Assembly (NCBI GenBank): GCA_965279525.1
Contig: CBDIIB010000003.1
Span: 160,001-224,000, forward strand
Length of the DNA: 64,000 bases
Source: Tagaea sp.
Lineage (GTDB): Bacteria; Pseudomonadota; Alphaproteobacteria; CACIAM-22H2
Direction: 5' to 3'
Part shown: piece by piece, positions 38,461 through 48,031 of the stretch
Numbering within the stretch: position 1 is the first letter of the stretch
How the letters are laid out: every line of letters begins with the position of its first letter
Program-made: the position numbers and the translations under genes
Notes under the pieces: generated by a model
Database searches by the model: none
Seen by the model: the letters and a program-made list of their open reading frames with translations, nothing else
Told to the model about the DNA's origin: nothing

Positions 38461-40265
38461 ACGGTGACGCGTTGCGGCTGGAAGCCGAGGCGGCCGCGGA
38501 TCGTACCTGGGGGCTGGAACTTGCGCTTCGCGGATTGACGGGCACGCTGTCGCTCCTGCAGGTCGGCGCGCATCCGGACGATGAATCCAGCAGGCTGATC
38601 GCGACTCTTGTTCGTCGGCACGCAATGACGGTCGGCTATGCTTGCGCGACGCGCGGTGAAGGCGGGCAGAATGCGCTAGGACCGGAACGCGGGGCTGCCC
38701 TCGGCGCTCTTCGGACCGACGAGATGGAAGCCGCAGCAGCACGGCTCGGAATTTCCATGCACTGGCTTGCGGAACTTGGCGACGAAGCGCTGTGCGATTT
38801 CGGGTTTTCGAAGAGTGCGGAAGATACGCTGCGCCGTTGGGGGCATGCTTTTGCGCTGGAACGGCTCGTGCGCTGCATCCGGCTGATGCAGCCGGACATC
38901 CTGTGCACGACCTTCCGCGACGTCGATGGCCAGCACGGGCATCACCGTGCGATTTCGCGACTTACGGCGGAAGCGTTCGGAATTTCGGGCGATGTCGCTG
39001 CGTTTCCCGAACATGCCGCCGAAGGTATCGGGGCATGGAAACCGTCGCTCCTGTACGAACCAGCCTGGTCGGGTGCCGACGGAACTTACGACGATATGGC
39101 GCCGCCGTCAGGACACGTCCAAGTCGACGTTGGCGAGTGCGATCCGGCAAACGGCGTTCCATACGCGCGAATCGGCGAGTGGTCGCGCGTCTGCCACCGC
39201 ACGCAGGAAATGGGACAGTGGGTCGAGGCGGGGCCGCGCGCCGTTTCGCTCAGGCTCGTCGCGCGCAACGACGGCGGCATCGTCGTCGCCGACCGGCTCG
39301 GCCAATCGCTGCCGGCCACGCTGCGCGAATTGGCGGTGACGACAGGTATTCCGGAACTTGGAAGGGTGCAGGACGCGATCGAGGTCGCGCGTGCCGAGAT
39401 GCCGGATCGGGCGGCGGTAATCCGCCATCTCGAAGCTGCGCGACGCATCCTCGGGACGATCCGGATCACCGAACCGCTTGCCGATCCGCTGAAGCGCAAG
39501 GACGCGCAGATACAGGATGCGATCCGTCTTGCGGTGGATCATGCTGGCCGATGTCCGCCTCATCCGGTCCGAATTCCAGCGCCGGCCGTCAGGCGCGACG
39601 TGCGACCGGATGATGTCATCCGCCCCGATGGCGCGCGCATTGCCTATCTGGGCGGCGGGCTCGATACGGTCGGCGACTGGATCGCCGCATTGGGGATCGA
39701 CAGGGTCGATCTGCAGAATTTCGATCCGGCGGTATTCGCGCGTGGGGGGTTCACGACCGCGCTCGTCGGTATCCGCGCGTTCGAGCGGCGCGACGACCTT
39801 CGGGCGAATGTCGAAGCGCTGCATGATTTCGTCCACGCGGGCGGCCATCTCGTGACGTTGTACCATCGCGCCGGAAAGGGCTGGATGCCGGAACGCATGC
39901 CACCCGCCCGCATCGAGATCGGTTCGCCGAGCATCCGCTGGCGCGCCTGCGATCCGGAAGCGCAGGTTGAGATAGTCGTTCCCAATCATCCGTTGATGGA
40001 AATTCCCAACCGGATCGGACCGGCGGATTGGAATGGTTGGCGACGGGAGCGCGGCCTCTATTTTGCGAGCGCCTGGGATCCGGCCTATGTGCCGCTGCTG
40101 CGCGTGACCGATCCGGGCGAAGAACGGCATCTCGGAAGCCTGCTTTCCGGCCGCTTCGGGAAGGGAAGACACACGCACGTTGCACTTGCCCTCCATAACG
40201 AGATCGAGTTCGGCACACCCGGTGCGTTGCGCCTGATGTGCAACATCGTCTCGCCGCCGGACTGA
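38457..40265 (+). CDS. PIG-L/LmbE family deacetylase/amidase with a C-terminal extra domain
   Basis: AHPDDE, TRGEGGQN, DFGFSKS, QHGHHRA, H.TQ.MG; C-terminal GGHLVTLYH, W..ERGLYF. Confidence 0.88.
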   Translation: MNGDALRLEAEAAADRTWGLELALRGLTGTLSLLQVGAHPDDESSRLIATLVRRHAMTVGYACATRGEGGQNALGPERGAALGALRTDEMEAAAARLGISMHWLAELGDEALCDFGFSKSAEDTLRRWGHAFALERLVRCIRLMQPDILCTTFRDVDGQHGHHRAISRLTAEAFGISGDVAAFPEHAAEGIGAWKPSLLYEPAWSGADGTYDDMAPPSGHVQVDVGECDPANGVPYARIGEWSRVCHRTQEMGQWVEAGPRAVSLRLVARNDGGIVVADRLGQSLPATLRELAVTTGIPELGRVQDAIEVARAEMPDRAAVIRHLEAARRILGTIRITEPLADPLKRKDAQIQDAIRLAVDHAGRCPPHPVRIPAPAVRRDVRPDDVIRPDGARIAYLGGGLDTVGDWIAALGIDRVDLQNFDPAVFARGGFTTALVGIRAFERRDDLRANVEALHDFVHAGGHLVTLYHRAGKGWMPERMPPARIEIGSPSIRWRACDPEAQVEIVVPNHPLMEIPNRIGPADWNGWRRERGLYFASAWDPAYVPLLRVTDPGEERHLGSLLSGRFGKGRHTHVALALHNEIEFGTPGALRLMCNIVSPPD

Positions 40266-40350
40266 GCTCGAACGCCTGTTTCAGGTTCCTGTAGACGTCA
40301 ACGGCCCGGCGGACGCGCCGGCTGATATCTTCCAAGGCGGCGGTATCGAT

Positions 40351-40560
40351 TATTTTGCAATATGCGCGCCTCAATCTCCGTCCAACGTTGATCAAGCGAC
40401 GCTGCTGCGCTCCTTCGATCAAATAGATCCAAATTGCCTGCTCGGAGTTTCGAAAAGGCACAATTCAACTATTGGCGCTATCGCCCCGAATGCTATCGGG
40501 TTCTCGCCGCCAAGCGCAAAGCACCTGAGACACGTGACGTAGAAGTTTCCGATCCAGCCG
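40351..40560 (+). repeat. 210-bp degenerate direct repeat, copy 2 (contains an IS3 3' remnant on the - strand)
   Basis: offset exactly 11650 bp from 28701-28910; - strand reads WIGNFYVTCLRCFALGGENPIAF. Confidence 0.85.
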
Positions 40561-41284
40561 CTGGAATGCCTCGCTGCTGTATTGTCTGCCGCGATTTGCG
40601 CCGCCAGATGAGCCTCGACCTTCGCGCACGCCACGCGAAGCTGGAGCAGGGTACGGCGAAGTCAGTCGGCAATATTCCAAAGGAATCCCTTAGTGCAACT
40701 GCGATGCTGTAGTCGTTATCGATCTTATGCGAAGCGAGATGCCAAAAATTTCCGTCAAGCATCTCCGTCCAAGATCCACTACGTGGCCCGGTATGGAACC
40801 GATCTACTCGATCGGTCACCTGAGCCCACCCTATCCCCGTCGCTTTGGCGAACGCTTCCCTTAGAGTCCAGATGCGATAGAACTCTTCGAGCCCATATTG
40901 GAAGACGGCGGCTCGCTCCTGGGGCCCGAACGCCACTGCTGTAAGAGCGGAAACATCGCGCGGCTTGTGCCTTTCGATGTCGATACCCAGTGCGCCATGC
41001 CCGCACACGGCCGCCGCTGCGAACGATTTGGAATGTGCCAGTGAGATTGAAGGGCCAATCTCGCCGTCTGGGGCAATGAGATGTGGTTTGCCGCGCCGGT
41101 CTTTCGCGATCCGGAAACGGGATATTTCGCCAATTCCAGCAACAAGGAAGTGAGTCAATGCCCGTGCAAGCAACGATGCCGGTCGGTCGCCTGAAGCCAT
41201 AAGATCGGCCGGTCCGGCCCACTTCCGAACGAAAGTTGGTGCATCCGGATCGTCCAGTCGCATCGACGCAAAGCTCAAATCCAC
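40493..41284 (-). CDS. Sfp-type 4'-phosphopantetheinyl transferase
   Basis: GKPHL, SLAHS, LGIDIE, WTLREAFAKATG. Confidence 0.88.
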   Translation of the reverse strand: MDLSFASMRLDDPDAPTFVRKWAGPADLMASGDRPASLLARALTHFLVAGIGEISRFRIAKDRRGKPHLIAPDGEIGPSISLAHSKSFAAAAVCGHGALGIDIERHKPRDVSALTAVAFGPQERAAVFQYGLEEFYRIWTLREAFAKATGIGWAQVTDRVDRFHTGPRSGSWTEMLDGNFWHLASHKIDNDYSIAVALRDSFGILPTDFAVPCSSFAWRARRSRLIWRRKSRQTIQQRGIPAAGSETSTSRVSGALRLAARTR

Positions 41285-41404
41285 GGCTGCAACCTGATGG
41301 GATTTAGACTTGTTCTTTAGTTATGTTATGTTGTGCGTGGCTATAGCGCTATTGAATTCAAAAAAGTATGCTGAAGTTCTACCAAATTTCATTGGAGGGG
41401 TAAG

Positions 41405-41815
41405 TTGGTGGGGGTATTGGCAAAGCGGATCCTGCTGGTCTGCGTGCTGGGGATATCCGTCGCGGCATGCAGGCAACCTCAGCCGATCAACAATGTAAAT
41501 AATCACGCGATTCCGGGCATGGCGCAGCAGAAACTGACGGAAGAGAAGATTGGGGAACTGATTGTTCGGGCCGCCGTTGCAACCGATTGGAGTATTGAGC
41601 CGATCGGCGTCGGACGCTACCGAATCACAACTCGCTGGCGTGAGTTCAGCGCCGTCTCTGAGATCGCCTATACGCGCCAGAGTTACAGCATCCAGCTCGA
41701 TCATTCACGGAATCTCAAAGAAAAGAACGGAATGATCCACCCTCGATACAATCAAAAAATACAGACGCTCACGGTCGAGATTGATCGGCAGCTGACCCTT
41801 GCCGCCCTAAATTGA
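41405..41815 (+). CDS. lipoprotein at the head of the aryl polyene cluster
   Basis: lipobox ISVAAC; C-terminal IHPRYNQ. Confidence 0.7.
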   Translation: MVGVLAKRILLVCVLGISVAACRQPQPINNVNNHAIPGMAQQKLTEEKIGELIVRAAVATDWSIEPIGVGRYRITTRWREFSAVSEIAYTRQSYSIQLDHSRNLKEKNGMIHPRYNQKIQTLTVEIDRQLTLAALN

Positions 41816-42507
41816 GTGCGATGGTGCATCTTACTTTCCGCATAAAGGGCTGGGCCGGTTGGACGCCGAATGGCGGGGAATGCGGCATGTCCGATGCGTC
41901 GACGATGCCGTCGATGCTGCGCAGGCGAGTCGGGTCGCTCGGGCAGTCGGCGCTGCGCGCCGCTTGGGGCTTGCGCGGCGCCGAGAAGTCGCGACTTGTC
42001 TTCTCGTCCCGCCACGGTGAATTCGCACGCACGACGAAGATCATGGAGGCTCTGGCCCGGCACGAAGAAGTATCGCCGGCCGATTTCAGCCTATCGGTCC
42101 ATCACGCGCTCGCCGGCCTGCTGTCCATCGCGACGGCCAACGGCAGGGGACACAGCGCCGTCGCCGCCTGCCGCGACAGTTTCTGCAACGCGTTTCTCGA
42201 GGCCGTGGCGAGTCTGGCCGAAGCGCCGTCGGAGGACGTCACGCTCGTCTACTACGACGAGCCGTTGCCCGCTCCGTTTGCCGACTTCGGCGCGTCCGAC
42301 GAGGAGCATCTTGTACTGGCGCTGCTGCTGTCGGCCGCGGACGGCTCGCCCATGCGCATGACGATGCACGCGTGCAAGGTCGATGACGTGCCGACGGCGC
42401 GGCCCGCCGAAGCATTCCTGGCGTTCCTGCGGGAGGATCGCGCCAGCTGCGAGACCTTCGGCGCGCGACAGGTCTGGCGGTGGGAACGGTCCGATGTTCC
42501 GCATTGA
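41812..42507 (+). CDS. apeC: beta-ketoacyl synthase chain-length factor
   Basis: PSMLRRR, FSSRHGE, SPADFSLSVH, DEPLP. Confidence 0.88.
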   Translation: MSAMVHLTFRIKGWAGWTPNGGECGMSDASTMPSMLRRRVGSLGQSALRAAWGLRGAEKSRLVFSSRHGEFARTTKIMEALARHEEVSPADFSLSVHHALAGLLSIATANGRGHSAVAACRDSFCNAFLEAVASLAEAPSEDVTLVYYDEPLPAPFADFGASDEEHLVLALLLSAADGSPMRMTMHACKVDDVPTARPAEAFLAFLREDRASCETFGARQVWRWERSDVPH

Positions 42508-43255
42508 TTTCGGCTGGCGGCTCGTGGCGACCGGGGCGGCGTTCGCGTTCATCTTCGGCGGCGGCGGCCTGCTGGCAGTCACGGTGCTGCCGCTTCTCGC
42601 GCTGCTGCCGCACCGCTCGCATGAGCGCACGCAGTTCATCATCCACCGGATATTCCGGTTCTATGTCGGCATGCTGCAGGCGTCGGGCCTAATACGGCTC
42701 GTCCTCAAGGGCGCCGACCGGCTGCAGATGGCCGGTGGCCGGATCGTGATCGCCAACCATCCAACGTTGCTGGACGTCGTCCTGCTGATTTCGCTGATCC
42801 CGCGTGCCCAGTGCATAGTCAAGAGCGTGCTCCTGCTGCATCCGTTGCTCGGACCGCTGATGCGGCGGGCCGGCTATATCCCCAATGATCTCGGTGCCGA
42901 CGAGATGGTGGCGGCCTGCACGGCGTCCTTGCGGGCGGGTGAATGCCTCATCATATTTCCGGAAGGAACGCGCACCGAACCCGGAAGTCTGCCCCGATTC
43001 CGCAGGGGGTTCGCGAACCTTGCCATCCTCACGCAGGCGACGATCCAGCCGGTGGTGATCACGTGCGTTCCTCCGACCTTGATCAAAGGCGAGCCGTGGT
43101 GGCGTATACCGCCACGGCAGCCCGCCTTCCAGCTCGTGGTAGAAGAGTGCATGGAAGCGAGCAGCTACATGAGTTATGGATATCGCGGTCTTGCGGCGCG
43201 AAAATTGGTGGGACAGCTTCAGAAATTCTATGCCGAGAAACTGGTCAATGCCTGA
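42494..43255 (+). CDS. apeD: lysophospholipid (1-acylglycerol-3-phosphate) acyltransferase
   Basis: ANHPTLLD, FPEGTRT. Confidence 0.92.
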   Translation: MFRIDFGWRLVATGAAFAFIFGGGGLLAVTVLPLLALLPHRSHERTQFIIHRIFRFYVGMLQASGLIRLVLKGADRLQMAGGRIVIANHPTLLDVVLLISLIPRAQCIVKSVLLLHPLLGPLMRRAGYIPNDLGADEMVAACTASLRAGECLIIFPEGTRTEPGSLPRFRRGFANLAILTQATIQPVVITCVPPTLIKGEPWWRIPPRQPAFQLVVEECMEASSYMSYGYRGLAARKLVGQLQKFYAEKLVNA

Positions 43256-43511
43256 TCTGGAAATCGAGATAAAGGAGCTGATCGTCGAGTGCCTGGCGCT
43301 TGAGGACGTTTCGGCCAGCGACATCGACAGCGACGAGGCTTTGTTCGGGGCGACCGGATTGGGGCTGGACTCGATCGACGCGCTGGAGCTTGGTGTCGCG
43401 CTGCGCAAGCGCTTCGGGATCAAGATCGACAAAGTCGACGAAGAGGTAAAGCTGCATTTCGCGACTGTGCGAAGCTTGGCGCGCTTCATCGCGACTCAGA
43501 GGGGGGCGTGA
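43248..43511 (+). CDS. apeE: acyl carrier protein
   Basis: GLDSIDALEL. Confidence 0.93.
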   Translation: MPDLEIEIKELIVECLALEDVSASDIDSDEALFGATGLGLDSIDALELGVALRKRFGIKIDKVDEEVKLHFATVRSLARFIATQRGA

Positions 43512-43774
43512 TGCTGTCGAAAGACGAAGTATTCGACAAGTTGATCGGCTACTTCGAGGAACTGTTCGAGATTCCACGCGAAAAGATCGCAATGGAATCT
43601 CGGCTTTACGAGGATCTCGATCTCGACAGCATCGATGCAGTCGATCTTGTCGTGAAACTGCAGGAGCTGACCAACCGGCGCATCAAGCCCGAAGCGTTCA
43701 AGAGCGTCCGAACCGTCGCCGACGTGGTCAAATGCATCGAAGAGCTTCTGGCGGATGACACGACCGCGCGTTGA
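43508..43774 (+). CDS. apeF: acyl carrier protein
   Basis: DLDSIDAVDL, FKSVRTV. Confidence 0.93.
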   Translation: MMLSKDEVFDKLIGYFEELFEIPREKIAMESRLYEDLDLDSIDAVDLVVKLQELTNRRIKPEAFKSVRTVADVVKCIEELLADDTTAR

Positions 43775-44324
43775 TTCCTGGCTGGTTGTGGCGGGTCTGG
43801 GAGGGATCGTCTATCCGCCGTTGGTGTATTTCGGTCTGACGTCGGTTCCGCCTCTTGTGGTCGTGGCGTTCGCCCTGTGTCTGCTGCTCCTCCGCCTGCT
43901 TTGTGCGCGGCGCTTGGCCGATGCCGGCCGCTGGTCGGTTGCTTTCGCCGTCGCCATCGCCGTGCTGCTCGGGTTATTGTTCGTTTCGCCGGAGCTCGCC
44001 GTGAAGGCCTATCCGGTCCTGGTGAGCCTCGCGGTTGCGGCCGTCTTCGGCATGTCGCTGATCGCGCCGCCGAGCGCCATCGAGCGCATCGCGCGCCTGC
44101 GAGAGCCGCAACTGCCGCCCGAAGGTATTGCCTATACCCGTGCATTGACCGGGGTCTGGACGGCATTCCTGCTCGGCAACGCGGCCGTCTCCGCCGCGAC
44201 CAGCGTGTGGGGATCTCTGGATGTCTGGACGTTGTGGAACGGACTGCTCGCCTACGTCGCTATGGGACTTCTGTTTGTTGGCGAGATCGCTTACCGCAGT
44301 TACGTACGCCGTCCCGCGTCATGA
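43755..44324 (+). CDS. apeG: COG4648 membrane protein
   Basis: YPVLVS, IERIARL, YTRALT.VW, WTLWNG. Confidence 0.85.
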   Translation: MTRPRVDSWLVVAGLGGIVYPPLVYFGLTSVPPLVVVAFALCLLLLRLLCARRLADAGRWSVAFAVAIAVLLGLLFVSPELAVKAYPVLVSLAVAAVFGMSLIAPPSAIERIARLREPQLPPEGIAYTRALTGVWTAFLLGNAAVSAATSVWGSLDVWTLWNGLLAYVAMGLLFVGEIAYRSYVRRPAS

Positions 44325-45634
44325 AATTCCAGACGCTTTCCGGGTTGCTTGCAGAGGGTAGGTCAGCCCCGCATCCAGTCGCGTTCCGGAATGGAACGAC
44401 TGTAGATTTTTCGAGATTCCGACACGATGTCGCGATCGCGGCTGGCCGCCTGACGGGCTGCCGGAGTGGTGCATTGCTCGGCGACGATAGCTATGCGTTT
44501 GCCGTCGGCCTGTTCGGACTTTTGCAGGCTGGTGCCCGGGTCGTATTGCCGCCGAATGGGAATCCGGGCACGCTCTCGGTGCTTGCGGGCAGTTTCGAAC
44601 GCGTCGTCGATGAAGGGATACTTGCACCGGGCGAGCCAGCCGATCTCCGCAAGCTCGATCCCGGCAATGCGCGCATCGATTTTTTCACCTCGGGCTCCAC
44701 CGGAACACCCAAGCGCGTCGAGAAGGATCTGCGCGGCATCGAGGCGGAGTTGGCAACTCTCGACGGGGTGCTCGGAAATCTGCCGGCCGCTGGCCCCGTG
44801 ATGGCGACCGTTCCGCATCACCATGTCTATGGCCTGACCTTCAAGATATTGCTGTCGCTGGCGACCGGCCGGCCGTTCAGTTCCGAGATGCAGGAATTCT
44901 GGGAAAGCGTCCTGCCGGCACTGACCGCGACGACGGTGCTAGTGACGAGTCCGGCCCATCTCGCACGGCTGGACGGGCTGCCGGCCATCGCCGCAGACGC
45001 CCATCCGGCAATCGTCCTGACGGCCGGAGCGCCGTTGTCGCTTGGGGCCGCCCGCGACAGCCTGCGCCTGCTGGGTAGCCTCCCTTTCGAGATATTCGGC
45101 ACGACGGAAACCGGTGCCATCGCCACGCGCCGCCAGTCTGCCGAAGGCACGCCCTGGCTTCCGATGCCCGGCGTGGAAATTCGCCTTGATGCCGAATCGT
45201 GCCTGCAGGTGCGTTCGGCGCATGTCGGGCCGCGATGGATCGCGATGGCCGACCGTGTCGAACTGCAGGCAGACGGATTCCATTTCCTGGAGCGCGCGGA
45301 TCGCGTGGTCAAGATCGAAGGCAAGCGCGTGAGTCTGGCCGAGGTCGAGAATACATTGCGGGAATTGCCGTGGATCGCGGACGCCGCCGCAACGATGCTG
45401 CCGGGGAAGATCGTACAGCTCGCCGCTGCGATCGTGTTGAACCGGCAAGGGACGTCGCAGTTGCAGGAGATCGGCGCCTTCCGTTTGGGCCGGCAGTTGC
45501 GCAGGACGCTGGCCGAATTCCGGGAGCCTGCCTGCCTGCCCAAGCGCTGGCGCTTCGTCGATGCATTGCCGCTCCAGGCGATGGGAAAGCGTCGCGACGC
45601 TGACATCCGCGCCTTGTTCGGGGAGCGTACATGA
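44321..45634 (+). CDS. apeH: AMP-binding acyl-ACP synthetase
   Basis: TSGSTGTPK, HHVYGL, FGTTETG, KIEGKRVSL. Confidence 0.9.
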   Translation: MKFQTLSGLLAEGRSAPHPVAFRNGTTVDFSRFRHDVAIAAGRLTGCRSGALLGDDSYAFAVGLFGLLQAGARVVLPPNGNPGTLSVLAGSFERVVDEGILAPGEPADLRKLDPGNARIDFFTSGSTGTPKRVEKDLRGIEAELATLDGVLGNLPAAGPVMATVPHHHVYGLTFKILLSLATGRPFSSEMQEFWESVLPALTATTVLVTSPAHLARLDGLPAIAADAHPAIVLTAGAPLSLGAARDSLRLLGSLPFEIFGTTETGAIATRRQSAEGTPWLPMPGVEIRLDAESCLQVRSAHVGPRWIAMADRVELQADGFHFLERADRVVKIEGKRVSLAEVENTLRELPWIADAAATMLPGKIVQLAAAIVLNRQGTSQLQEIGAFRLGRQLRRTLAEFREPACLPKRWRFVDALPLQAMGKRRDADIRALFGERT

Positions 45635-45984
45635 TCTGCTTGCCCGAGGTCCTCTCGGCGTACCGGCCGACCGACGGGCAGGCCGTTTTGCGGATTTCGC
45701 TGCCACTCGGCGCACCTGCGTTCGCCGGCCATTTCCGCGATCAGCCGATCCTGGCAGGCGTCATCCAGATAGACTGGGCATTGCGCCTTGCAGGCGAATA
45801 CCTGACGCTCCGGCTGCCGGCGGCGCGCGATTTCCAGGTCAAGTTTCGCCGCATTATCCGTCCGGACGTGCCGCTGTTCCTGGACCTGAACATGAACGCG
45901 GTGAAGCGGCATCTATCGTTCGAATATCGGATTGGCGACGAGCTCGCGACGGTCGGGAAGTTCAAGCTGGAGTCAGCTTCATGA
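45631..45984 (+). CDS. apeI: hotdog-fold 3-hydroxyacyl-ACP dehydratase
   Basis: FAGHFRDQPILAGVIQIDW. Confidence 0.88.
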   Translation: MICLPEVLSAYRPTDGQAVLRISLPLGAPAFAGHFRDQPILAGVIQIDWALRLAGEYLTLRLPAARDFQVKFRRIIRPDVPLFLDLNMNAVKRHLSFEYRIGDELATVGKFKLESAS

Positions 45985-47627
45985 TTCCGTGCGCACTCGT
46001 GCCGAGCCACGATCACTGGCAGTCACTGGCCGTCGTCGTTGCCGGCCTGCGGGCGAACGGACTGCCGGTCCTTGTCATCGACGATGGCAGTGGCCGCGAG
46101 GCGGCCGCGCACATTGCCGCCCTGCATGATCCGGCCGGCGGCGTTCAGGTGTTTCGCCTGGAGGCCAATCAGGGCAAGGGCGGTGCCGTAATCGAAGGGT
46201 TTCGCAGGGCAGCAGCGGCAGGTTTCACGCATGCGGTTCAGGTGGACGCGGACAACCAGCACGACCTGGCCGCGTTGCCGCTGCTGTTGGCCGAAGCCCG
46301 TGCGTATCCCGGAGCGCTGATCAGCGGCCGGCCTGAATTCGACATGTCGATGCCGACCGGCCGCAGGATCGGCCGCAATCTGACCCATTTCTGGGTCTGG
46401 ATCGAGACGCTGAGCTTTTCGATTCCCGACAGCATGTGCGGATTCCGCGTATATCCGCTCGCGCCTGCCCTCGCTCTGCTGGAAGTCGAACGCGTCGGTC
46501 GAAGGATGGATTTCGACACCGAGATCGTGGTGCGGCTCCATTGGCGTGGCGTCGAGGTCCGGACGGTTCCGGTGCGCGTCGTCTATCCGGCCGGCAATTT
46601 CTCGAACTTCGACATGATCGCCGACAACTGGCGGATCACGTGCATGCACACGCGGCTGTTCTTCGGCATGCTTCGACGCCTGCCGACATTGTTGCGGCGC
46701 CGTCGCGGCCGGAGTTCGCCGTCCCACTGGGCGGTTCTGGCGGAACGCGGCGCCTATTGGGGGCTGCGCTTGTGTGCGGCCGCCTATCGGCTACTCGGGC
46801 GACGGGTGTGCCTTGCGGCAATCTCACCGGTCGTCCTCTATTTCTATGTCGCAGGTCGCCAGCAGCGGGAAGCCTCGAGGGATTTCCTGACGCGGGCCTT
46901 CGGGCATCCGGCGACGTGGCGTCAGGGCTTGCGCCATTTCATGTGCTTTGCCGGTCGTGCGCTGGACGTATTCGGCGGATGGACGGGCCGGATCCCGCCA
47001 TCGGCAGTGACCGCGACGGATCCCGAGACCCTGCGAAGTGCAGCGGCCGATCCACGGGGTGCGCTGGTGGTCGTGGCACATCTGGGCAATGTGGACCTGT
47101 CGCGCGCCGTCCTGGATCCGGCAATGCGATCGCGCCTGAAAGTGCTGGTGCATACGCGACATGCCGTCAACTACAACCGGATACTGGCCGAGGCGTGCCC
47201 TGACGCGATGCCCGACCTTCTCCAAGTGACCGATCTTGGTGCGGCAACGACGATCGCGCTCAAGGAGAAGGTCGAATCGGGCAACTGGGTGGTGATCTCC
47301 GGTGACCGGACACCGGTCGGCGGGACAGGGCGGACGAGCCGGGTACCTTTCTTCGGTGCACCTGCATCGTTCCCGCAAGGACCCTGGATCCTCGCAAGCC
47401 TGCTCGATTGCCCCGTCCATCTACTGTTCTGCCTGAAGGACCGCGACAAGTGGCGCCTGACGCTCGAGCCGTTCGCAGAGCGGATCGTGCTGCCGCGCGC
47501 GGCGCGGGCTGCCGAGCTTTCGGCACTTTGTTCGCGTTACGCCGTGCGGCTGGAAGCGTATGCTCGCCTCGACCCTTACCAGTGGTTCAATTTCTTCGAT
47601 TTTTGGAAGGGCGAAGAAGGCAGATGA
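45981..47627 (+). CDS. apeJ: GT2 glycosyltransferase fused to an LpxL-like acyltransferase
   Basis: DDGS, NQGKGGAV, QVDADNQH, DSMCGFR; C-terminal AHLGN, GDRTP, QWFNFFDFW. Confidence 0.92.
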   Translation: MIPCALVPSHDHWQSLAVVVAGLRANGLPVLVIDDGSGREAAAHIAALHDPAGGVQVFRLEANQGKGGAVIEGFRRAAAAGFTHAVQVDADNQHDLAALPLLLAEARAYPGALISGRPEFDMSMPTGRRIGRNLTHFWVWIETLSFSIPDSMCGFRVYPLAPALALLEVERVGRRMDFDTEIVVRLHWRGVEVRTVPVRVVYPAGNFSNFDMIADNWRITCMHTRLFFGMLRRLPTLLRRRRGRSSPSHWAVLAERGAYWGLRLCAAAYRLLGRRVCLAAISPVVLYFYVAGRQQREASRDFLTRAFGHPATWRQGLRHFMCFAGRALDVFGGWTGRIPPSAVTATDPETLRSAAADPRGALVVVAHLGNVDLSRAVLDPAMRSRLKVLVHTRHAVNYNRILAEACPDAMPDLLQVTDLGAATTIALKEKVESGNWVVISGDRTPVGGTGRTSRVPFFGAPASFPQGPWILASLLDCPVHLLFCLKDRDKWRLTLEPFAERIVLPRAARAAELSALCSRYAVRLEAYARLDPYQWFNFFDFWKGEEGR

Positions 47628-48031
47628 TTACCGCCGAGATCGTCGTGAAGGCACAGTTCTACGACCTCGACCCCATGGCGGTCGTGTGGCACGGGAACTA
47701 TGCGCGGTTTCTCGAGCAGGCGCGCTGCGCGCTGCTCGACCGGATCGGATACAACTACGTCGAGATGAAGGCATCGGGTCATCTGTGGCCGATCGTCGAC
47801 ATGCGACTGAAGTACGTCCGCCCGGTCCGCTTCGGGCAGGAGATCGTCGTCGCGGCGAAGCTGGTCGAATGGCAGAACCGGCTGAAGATCGAATACCGGA
47901 TACGCGATCGGGTCAGCGGCGAGGTCCTGACGAAGGCCCACACCGTTCAGGTCGCCGTTCTGGCTGAGACGGGCGAACTGCTGCTGGAGAGCCCGCCTGT
48001 CCTGACCAAGATCATCGAGGGGATATCGTGA
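47624..48031 (+). CDS. apeK: 4-hydroxybenzoyl-CoA-type thioesterase
   Basis: FYDLDPMAVVWHGNY. Confidence 0.92.
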   Translation: MITAEIVVKAQFYDLDPMAVVWHGNYARFLEQARCALLDRIGYNYVEMKASGHLWPIVDMRLKYVRPVRFGQEIVVAAKLVEWQNRLKIEYRIRDRVSGEVLTKAHTVQVAVLAETGELLLESPPVLTKIIEGIS

